NCBI GenBank assembly: GCA_037083745.1
Contig: JBAPLR010000003.1
Location: forward strand, 5,689 to 69,688
From: Candidatus Dasytiphilus stammeri
GTDB taxonomy: Bacteria; Pseudomonadota; Gammaproteobacteria; Enterobacterales; Enterobacteriaceae
Direction of reading: 5' to 3'
Length of the DNA: 64,000 bases
Of the stretch, positions 57,374 to 64,000 are shown in pieces. Under the pieces are notes generated by a model. That model did no database searches, was not told the origin of the DNA, and saw only the letters and a program-made list of their open reading frames with translations. The position numbers and the translations under genes were made by a program. Position 1 is the stretch's first letter; every line of letters starts with the position of its first letter.

Positions 57374-58750
57374 TTATTTTAAGGTCTCGATAATATAATC
57401 CAGAACAGCATTCCGAGAACCTTTTATTAAGATCGTTATTTTATTATATGCTTGAAGCAACATTTTTAGTCGTTTACTTAATTTCACTGGATTATCAAAA
57501 TGTTCTCCACTCGAATGAAAACGACTAATATTTTTGCTCAATGTTCCGATGCTAATCACTTTATTAATTTCTGCTATATTATGTACTGTAGCTCCTACTC
57601 TCTGGTGATATTTAACACTATGCACCCCTAATTCAGCCATGTCTCCTACTACCATCACTAAATATCCAGGCATTTTAGCTAAAGTCAAAGCTGCAGCATT
57701 CATAGATGCAACATTAGCATTATAGCTGTCATCTAACAGTAACTTATTTTTATCTTTATCTAAAAACACTGGATACATTCGTCCCGGAAAGGCTTGGACC
57801 ATAGATAATCCCTGTCTAATTTTTGATAATGGTACTTGCACTGCCGTAGCTAAAGCTGTGGCTGCTATAGCATTCGCAATATTATGCATACCTAACAATG
57901 ACAGATGCACATCCACTACTCCTACCGGAGTATGGATGGTAAAGGAAGTACTAAAAGAATTTAAAATAATATTAGAAGAAAAAAAATTACTATTACTTTT
58001 TTTCTTCATAGAGAAACGCCATAATACCTTATTACGAAGACTTTTTTTCCAAATAGGAAAATAATCATTATTTTCATTATTAATAATAGCTATTCCATTA
58101 TTTTTTAATCCCGTAAATATTTCTCCTTTGGCTCGTGCTACCCCTCTCAAAGATCCAAAATACTCTAAATGTGATAACGATATATTGTTTACTAATACCA
58201 CTTCCGGTTTTGTTAACTTTACTGTATAAGAAATTTCATTTGGGTGATTAGCGCCTAATTCAATAACACCAAAAGCATATTTTTGATTCAATTTTAACAA
58301 TGTTAATGACACACCTATTTTATTATTCATATTGCTAAAAGTAGATAGTGTCGGTCCACATTGACTTAATATAACATGCAACATTTCTTTAACTGTAGTC
58401 TTGCCACAAGATCCAGTTAATGCTAATATTTTAGTGCTATTGAGCTGTTGTCGAATACCCGACGCTAGTTTGCCTAGAGCTACGCTAGTATCAGATACGA
58501 TAATTTGTGGTAAATTGATAGTTAAAATACGACTCACCACTACTGCCTTAACACCATTATTTTTAATACTTTCAGTAATAAAATTATGCGCATCAAAATT
58601 GTTTCCTTTTAATGCAATAAAAAGAGCAGATGTTGCAGATTGTCGTGTATCAGTTAATATTGTATATATATAGTAACTTTTACTAAGAGGACAACCCATA
58701 ATTTTTCCATCAATAATATTAGCTATTTGAAATAATGAAAGAGGTATCAT
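57374..58750 (-). CDS. murF: UDP-MurNAc-tripeptide--D-alanyl-D-alanine ligase MurF
   Basis: LTGSCGKTTVKEM, IELGANHPNEI, LLDDSYNAN and GDMAELG match MurF. Confidence 0.92.
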   Translation of the reverse strand: MIPLSLFQIANIIDGKIMGCPLSKSYYIYTILTDTRQSATSALFIALKGNNFDAHNFITESIKNNGVKAVVVSRILTINLPQIIVSDTSVALGKLASGIRQQLNSTKILALTGSCGKTTVKEMLHVILSQCGPTLSTFSNMNNKIGVSLTLLKLNQKYAFGVIELGANHPNEISYTVKLTKPEVVLVNNISLSHLEYFGSLRGVARAKGEIFTGLKNNGIAIINNENNDYFPIWKKSLRNKVLWRFSMKKKSNSNFFSSNIILNSFSTSFTIHTPVGVVDVHLSLLGMHNIANAIAATALATAVQVPLSKIRQGLSMVQAFPGRMYPVFLDKDKNKLLLDDSYNANVASMNAAALTLAKMPGYLVMVVGDMAELGVHSVKYHQRVGATVHNIAEINKVISIGTLSKNISRFHSSGEHFDNPVKLSKRLKMLLQAYNKITILIKGSRNAVLDYIIETLK

Positions 58751-58754
58751 TATT

Positions 58755-60248
58755 TTATTTTTTGTAAAGTCTTGTTACTAGCGCCAAATCAGAATAATTA
58801 ATCCGTTGATTTTTCACTAACTGATAATTTTCATGACCTTTGCCACTTATCAAGATAACATCATCTTCATCTGCTAATTGAAGTACTCTGTTTACGGCTA
58901 AGGCTCGATTAGGTATAATCTCAATCTTTGATGATAAATTCATTCCTCTTAAAATATCATTTATAATAACTCTCGGATCCTCATTACGAGGATTATCATT
59001 AGTTATGATGATTTTATCAGCTAAATTTTCAGCAATGCTTCCCATAAGAGGACGCTTTCCTTGATCACGTTCTCCTCCACAACCAAAAACACACCATAAG
59101 TACTTACATCTGATCTGCATTCGGGTAGATATAAGCGCATGTTTCAAAGCATCAGGGGTATGTGCATAATCTATAATTACTTTCGGTTTTCCCTTCACAT
59201 GAAACATATTCATTCGTCCCTTCACTGGTTTTAAAGAAGTACATGTCTCTATCAATTGATCTAGTGAGTAACCTAATGTTAATAGAGTAGTAAGTGCTAA
59301 TAATAAGTTGCTTACATTGAAATATCCAATTAAATGACTTTTGATGTGACCATTTCCCCAAAAAGATTGGAATCTAATTTGAGTTTCTTGATAATTAAAA
59401 AAATTAATTTGAGTTGCCTTAAGCCATCTCCTTCTTTTATAACTGTGTTGATTAATAGAAACTATTACCGCATCTGGTAATAGAGATAACCAAGATCGTC
59501 CAACTTCATCATCGCCATTAATGATAATATTTTTAGTCTCATGTTCGGAGAACAATAACCATTTTGCTTTTTTATAAGATTCCATAGTGCCATGATAATC
59601 GAGATGATCACGACTTAAGTTAGTGAATACTACAGCTGCAAAGGGAACTGATGTTACGCGATGTTGAGATAAACCATGCGAAGAAATTTCTAGAGCGGCA
59701 ACTTTGCTTCCTTGTTCAACTAACGAGTTTAATATTTTTTGAATTTCTACTGCTGACGAAGTAGTATTTTTCGTATTAAAAATATGTCCATATAAACCGT
59801 TACCTAATGTTCCCATAATGGCACTTTTTTTCCCAAGTAATTGTACCCATTGTGCCACTAAGTTTGTAATCGTGGTTTTACCATTAGTACCTGTAACGCC
59901 CACTATAGATAATTTTTTACCTGGATGACCATAGTAACGAGCTGCGATCTCCGAAAGATGATGAGATAAATTTTTTAAATATATGATGGGAATATTCTTA
60001 TTATGGACGGATAAAATTTCACTATTGTTAGTACGGTTCATCTCTGCTTCCGTAATAATCGCTTGTCCTCCTTGCGCGATAGCTTGGGAAATAAACTGAC
60101 GTCCATCTAGTAAATATCCAGGGAGAGCAACAAATAAATCGCCGGGTTTTACTAATCGGCTATCTAGTTGAATTTCCCGGATAAAAACATTTGGCACTGA
60201 ACTTATCCATGGTGCCAATAAGTAATCTAAAAAATGGTTATTTATCAC
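58755..60248 (-). CDS. murE: UDP-MurNAc-L-Ala-D-Glu--meso-diaminopimelate ligase MurE (the ORF stays open a further 55 codons upstream, to ATG 60413)
   Basis: (M)[13 protein letters not shown] aligns with E. coli [44 protein letters not shown] and DNPRNEDP also match. GTG 60248 gives a 497-aa product (E. coli 495 aa). The upstream extension is discussed in findings. Confidence 0.85.
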   Translation of the reverse strand: MINNHFLDYLLAPWISSVPNVFIREIQLDSRLVKPGDLFVALPGYLLDGRQFISQAIAQGGQAIITEAEMNRTNNSEILSVHNKNIPIIYLKNLSHHLSEIAARYYGHPGKKLSIVGVTGTNGKTTITNLVAQWVQLLGKKSAIMGTLGNGLYGHIFNTKNTTSSAVEIQKILNSLVEQGSKVAALEISSHGLSQHRVTSVPFAAVVFTNLSRDHLDYHGTMESYKKAKWLLFSEHETKNIIINGDDEVGRSWLSLLPDAVIVSINQHSYKRRRWLKATQINFFNYQETQIRFQSFWGNGHIKSHLIGYFNVSNLLLALTTLLTLGYSLDQLIETCTSLKPVKGRMNMFHVKGKPKVIIDYAHTPDALKHALISTRMQIRCKYLWCVFGCGGERDQGKRPLMGSIAENLADKIIITNDNPRNEDPRVIINDILRGMNLSSKIEIIPNRALAVNRVLQLADEDDVILISGKGHENYQLVKNQRINYSDLALVTRLYKK

Positions 60249-60499
60249 TAATATTTCATTAGGTAGGGTTATTGTTAATACTATTAAAGTAACTGTTACT
60301 GGATCCAGAGTAATTATTGTTAATAATAATTTATTATTTATAGATATCTTTTTGAGAATATTTTCTTGAAAAGAAACATTTTCTTTTTTTAAGTTTATTA
60401 CGACTTCTTTCATAAAAACTTATTAAGTTAATATAATAGCAGAATTCTGGGAGAAACATTTTTATTAATTTTTATCTCCTTTAACTGTTCTCTAATTAC

Positions 60500-61465
60500 T
60501 CACATTCTCAGTTTTTCTGCGCTGCGTAATATTGCACTCCGGGCTCTATGGTTCATAGCTATCTCCATTCTACTAGGCTTTATTTTACCAACTGCTTTCA
60601 ATAAATAACCATCTGAGCAAATCAATATTCCGGAATTACGATTTTCGTTAATTAAATATCCTGAAGAATTATTATCTGAAACTAAACAGCACGTACTATG
60701 GTTCCGAATAAAAAACTTTACCAAACGATCTTCTAAAGAATGAAAACTAATCACGCATAAACGTCCGCTAGAACGCAGACATTTTAAAGATCCTTCTAAG
60801 CCTTTTCGTAGTTCTGTAAGTTCGTTATTGATGAATATTCGAATGGCCTGAAAACTTCGTCGAGCGGGATGTTTTTTAATAAATTTTTTATGAGAAAGAG
60901 ATGTTATAACTTCTACTAATTCCTTTGTTCGTGTAATAGGAGAATTATTACGTCTTTTTATGATCGCACGAGCAATGCGTCGGGCAAATCGTTCTTCTCC
61001 GTAATTTTTCAAAACTACAGTAATATCATGTTCAGTAGCATTAAATAACCAGGCAGCAGCTGATAAGCTTTGCGTAGGATCCATTCTCATATCAAGGGGT
61101 CCATCGTTCCAAAAAGAAAATCCCCGCTCTACATTATTTATTTGTTCTGAAGACAGACCTAAATCTAAGAGTATTCCATCAATGCGTCCTATTAATTGTC
61201 TTTTCTCCATATATGATGATATACGTGAAAAACAACCGTGGATGATAGTTAAACGTTGATCATTCATACCTTTCGAAGCTTCTATGGCTTGAGGATCTCG
61301 ATCTATAGCATATAATTTTCCTGCAGAAGATAAACGATTTAATATCATTCTAGCATGTCCCCCACTGCCAAAAGTACAATCTATGTAGATCCCATTATCT
61401 TTTATATTAAGAGCATTCACGGCTTCATTGAGAAGCACCGGATTATGTTTGATCCAATTGGGCAT
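60500..61465 (-). CDS. rsmH: 16S rRNA m4C1402 methyltransferase RsmH (MraW)
   Basis: HNPVLLNEAVNALNIKDNGIYIDCTFGSGGHARMIL, LLDLGLSS and SFHSLEDR match RsmH. It is the first gene of the dcw cluster. Confidence 0.92.
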   Translation of the reverse strand: MPNWIKHNPVLLNEAVNALNIKDNGIYIDCTFGSGGHARMILNRLSSAGKLYAIDRDPQAIEASKGMNDQRLTIIHGCFSRISSYMEKRQLIGRIDGILLDLGLSSEQINNVERGFSFWNDGPLDMRMDPTQSLSAAAWLFNATEHDITVVLKNYGEERFARRIARAIIKRRNNSPITRTKELVEVITSLSHKKFIKKHPARRSFQAIRIFINNELTELRKGLEGSLKCLRSSGRLCVISFHSLEDRLVKFFIRNHSTCCLVSDNNSSGYLINENRNSGILICSDGYLLKAVGKIKPSRMEIAMNHRARSAILRSAEKLRM

Positions 61466-61753
61466 AGATTTTTATCTCTCTTTTCGACGGGGTTTTTGAA
61501 AAATAGAAGAAAATACTTATTCATTAATTGTTCCCGACCTATTTTATTCTGATAAAATTGCATTATACATCTTGATCCTCTGCTCGAGAATACGATCTTA
61601 ATGGAATATTATATAATGAATGTAATAAGAACAATTTCTTTTCCATATCATAGCTATCGGATAAAAGATACCATAATTTCGTGTAATTATAGAAGATAAT
61701 AATCTTCCAATTATTTTTTTTAAGATATTAACTCTTAGCCTAAAATTTAGCTC

Positions 61754-62272
61754 ATGAATATAATAATCAAAAAAAGTATTATTTTGTTTTTACTGGTAGT
61801 AGGATTGACATCTTCTTCTCTAAATATAGAAGTAGGATTTTCGCCGGATATTTCCGCATCAAAACTTATTTTACAGTCCATCTCTCAAGCTCATCATAAA
61901 ATTGATATAGCGGCTTATTCTTTTACTAGTAAACCTATAAGTTTAGCGTTACTTGCAGTTCAGAAACGGGGGGTAATAATTAGAATTATTGCAGATCACA
62001 AAGCTAACAATAGATATACTGCTCTTACTTTTTTAGCAAACCATGGAATATCAATAAGATTAAATAATAATTATGCTATTATGCATAATAAATTTATGAT
62101 TATAGATAATCAAATAGTCCAAACGGGCTCCTATAATTATACAAGAGCCGCGGCTAAACAAAATGCGGAAAATGTTATTATCTTATATAATGCACCTTAT
62201 ATTGCTTTACAATATGAAAAAGAATTTAAACAACTCTGGGAGGAATCATCAGTTTTACAAACACAACATTAA
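61754..62272 (+). CDS. Secreted phospholipase-D-superfamily endonuclease (Nuc-like, single HKD motif)
   Basis: It has a signal peptide (MNIIIKKSIILFLLVVGLTSSS). VGFSPD...IDIAAYSFTSKPI..AL..A.KRGV.IRII.D follows, with the HKD motif MHNKFMIIDNQIVQTGSYNYTRAAAKQNAEN. Size (172 aa) and order match my recollection of plasmid pKM101 Nuc. Confidence 0.7.
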   Translation: MNIIIKKSIILFLLVVGLTSSSLNIEVGFSPDISASKLILQSISQAHHKIDIAAYSFTSKPISLALLAVQKRGVIIRIIADHKANNRYTALTFLANHGISIRLNNNYAIMHNKFMIIDNQIVQTGSYNYTRAAAKQNAENVIILYNAPYIALQYEKEFKQLWEESSVLQTQH

Positions 62273-62482
62273 TTATTTTTATTAAATTCTTATCTGAAAC
62301 CAATTTTCGAAAAAATTATTTTTTTTGTAATATTCTTTTTATAACTACATAATTTTTATCACCGAAAATATTCTTTCGAAGCAAATGAATTCTTACCAAA
62401 GAAATAATTTTTCTCTTAGAGAGAACTACCATTTTCTACTTTTAATAAGTTCTCAATATCTTCAAAGGCAATTATTCAAATT

Positions 62483-63448
62483 ATGAATATTATCAAAATA
62501 CTTATCTTCATCCTCACTTTTTTGTGCCATCAGAAAATTTCTGCACGTCCAATATTAATTGATAGAATTTCAGTAATTGTAAATAATCAAGTAATATTGC
62601 AAAGTGATATTGACTATATAATTCATTTTTTAAAACCGTGGTCTAACATAGATTCACAGCGAATAGTGAAAGAACTTATCCTTAATACAGTATTATTGCC
62701 GGTAATCCAAACAGATAATACTAAAGTCAGTGATGAAGATATTCATACCACTGTTATGACTAATATCAATCAATATGCTGTAGACTTCCATCTGTCATCA
62801 AATAATTTATTATATGTCTTTTTATTTGCTAACAAAAAAATAGACTATCAGTCATTTCATAATGAAATTAGTTACGAAGTAAGATTTAATCATATAATGA
62901 ATTCTGTTCTAAACGAGAGAATATTAGTTACGCCATCACAAGTTAATGCCTTCTTAAAAAAACATTTTAATATTCTTCATCCTTTTCTATTGACCGAATA
63001 TCAACCAAAAAATAAAAATGAAAACTTATTTTTAACTGAAATGTATGTCCGCCACATTCTGATCAATTCTCCTCTCATTACTAATAAAAAATCTTCCGAA
63101 ATCTTGAGAATAATTGTTGAAAATCTAAAAATAGGAAACATGAATTTATCTCGGAATAATAAAAAATCAGATGAACAGTTAGAGTGGATATTACCTCAGA
63201 GATATCATTCTTCTTTAAGAAGTGCTCTGTTAAAATTATCACTTAATGAAATTAGTCCACCCATCTTTAATGAAGATGGATGGCACTTACTTCAGTTACT
63301 TGAAACTCGAAAAATTCTACATCATAAAGATAGTATCTTTCAAGAAGAATCTTGGCAAATATTAGAGAATTTAAAAATAGCTGAAGAAACCTCCTCTTGG
63401 ATCCAACACCAACGTAATCATGCTTATATAAAAATAATATCTACTTAA
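62483..63448 (+). CDS. surA: Periplasmic chaperone SurA, shortened (single parvulin domain)
   Basis: It has a signal peptide. IDRISVIVNNQVILQSDID matches E. coli VDKVAAVVNNGVVLESDVD. One parvulin block runs YVRHILI...DGWHLLQLLETRK (E. coli P2: ARHILL...FGWHLIELLDTRN). The C-terminal tail SSWIQHQRNHAYIKI matches ASWMQEQRASAYVKI. It is 321 aa versus 428 aa. Confidence 0.75.
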   Translation: MNIIKILIFILTFLCHQKISARPILIDRISVIVNNQVILQSDIDYIIHFLKPWSNIDSQRIVKELILNTVLLPVIQTDNTKVSDEDIHTTVMTNINQYAVDFHLSSNNLLYVFLFANKKIDYQSFHNEISYEVRFNHIMNSVLNERILVTPSQVNAFLKKHFNILHPFLLTEYQPKNKNENLFLTEMYVRHILINSPLITNKKSSEILRIIVENLKIGNMNLSRNNKKSDEQLEWILPQRYHSSLRSALLKLSLNEISPPIFNEDGWHLLQLLETRKILHHKDSIFQEESWQILENLKIAEETSSWIQHQRNHAYIKIIST

Positions 63449-63893
63449 ATTAATAAGGTGAGAATATTATTCTCTCTTTTTTTTGGTACTTAGATATATA
63501 TTATTATTATTTCCCTAAAAAAATAATTTTCGAATAATCATAATTGATGAGACTGGTTATTCTGATACCAGAAAATGGTAAACATCATTGTGGATAATAA
63601 TGATGAGTTAATTTTCTTGACTTTTTTAGCTATTAAATAGGTGTGAAAATAATATTTTCTCCCATAATCAGTTGGTGTAAAAGAATTTTTCTTGCAAATT
63701 CCTGGCAGGATTATTTGTGAAAGAACAGAATCTCTGCTAAGATAATAGCTTCATTTGATCATAGTTTTCTTTAAACTAGGAATAGTTATTATTCCCTATT
63801 CTAAAATTTAAGATCATTGATCATTTATTAAGACATAGATGTTAGTATGTTCATAATATTTATCCAATGAATAATATCTAATTAACCATTCTA

Positions 63894-64000
63894 ATGTGCA
63901 CCAGCAAATATCTATCTACTGCTCGCAAGAGATGGGGACAATATTTTCTTCAGGATAACATAATTATTAATAATATAATCTGTGCTATTGCTCCGCATTT
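63894..64000 (+). CDS. rsmA: 16S rRNA dimethyladenosine transferase RsmA (KsgA), 5' end only (runs off the window)
   Basis: ATG 63894 gives MCTSKYLSTARKRWGQYFLQDNIIINNIICAIAPH, against E. coli [28 protein letters not shown]. It lies downstream of surA, as in E. coli (with pdxA missing). Confidence 0.7.
   Translation, partial: MCTSKYLSTARKRWGQYFLQDNIIINNIICAIAPH

Noticed and set aside
63589-63597. A perfect DnaA box, TGTGGATAA (plus 8/9 matches at about 42008 and about 558)
   Set aside because: These are isolated single boxes with no clustering, no AT-rich 13-mers in the proper arrangement and no flanking origin-type genes. This is not evidence for oriC.
63449-63893. A possible pdxA remnant between surA and rsmA
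   Set aside because: Only a very weak resemblance was found (IIIIDETGYSD versus VVITPGEPAGIG). That is not enough to call a pseudogene.

Overview
This is a visibly AT-rich, gene-dense but eroding chromosome segment. It looks like a reduced gammaproteobacterial genome (insect-endosymbiont style), with gene order closely tracking E. coli-type Enterobacterales synteny: engB/polA/dsbA, hupA-purH, dnaQ-rnhA-rrn, gmk-rpoZ, dut/rpmBG/mutM, fieF-tpiA-fpr-glpK-hslUV, corA-uvrD-dapF, argX-hisR-leuT-proM, rho-trxA, yifE/hdfR/trpT, aroE-tsaC/def-fmt, yacG/secA, the dcw cluster, and surA-rsmA. I can support about 58 protein-coding genes, one complete rRNA operon (16S, tRNA-Glu, 23S, 5S, tRNA-Asp, minus strand), five further tRNA genes and three recognisable pseudogenes (purH, yifE, a flavodoxin-fold quinone reductase). 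I also call two sigma-32-type promoters and three hairpin terminators. I saw no CRISPR array, transposase or IS element, prophage gene or recognisable defence system. The notable observations concern genome reduction rather than a novel gene cassette. (1) The dcw cluster keeps every lipid-II precursor gene, but ftsL/ftsI, ftsW, ftsQAZ and lpxC/secM/mutT are excised. (2) murD has lost register with its ATG at an A10 tract. (3) An ftsL-like remnant is fused in frame to murE. (4) A DUF721/DciA-like ORF sits where lpxC/secM should be. (5) polA is split at its domain linker and its proofreading site is degenerate. (6) Three accessory envelope or secreted genes are present: a YsnF/DUF2382 plus OmpA-like pair and a Nuc-like PLD nuclease. 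All homology calls come from reading the translations against remembered E. coli sequences, and no search was run. RNA ends are good to a few nucleotides. Several CDS starts were moved inward from the ORF track on homology or Shine-Dalgarno grounds.
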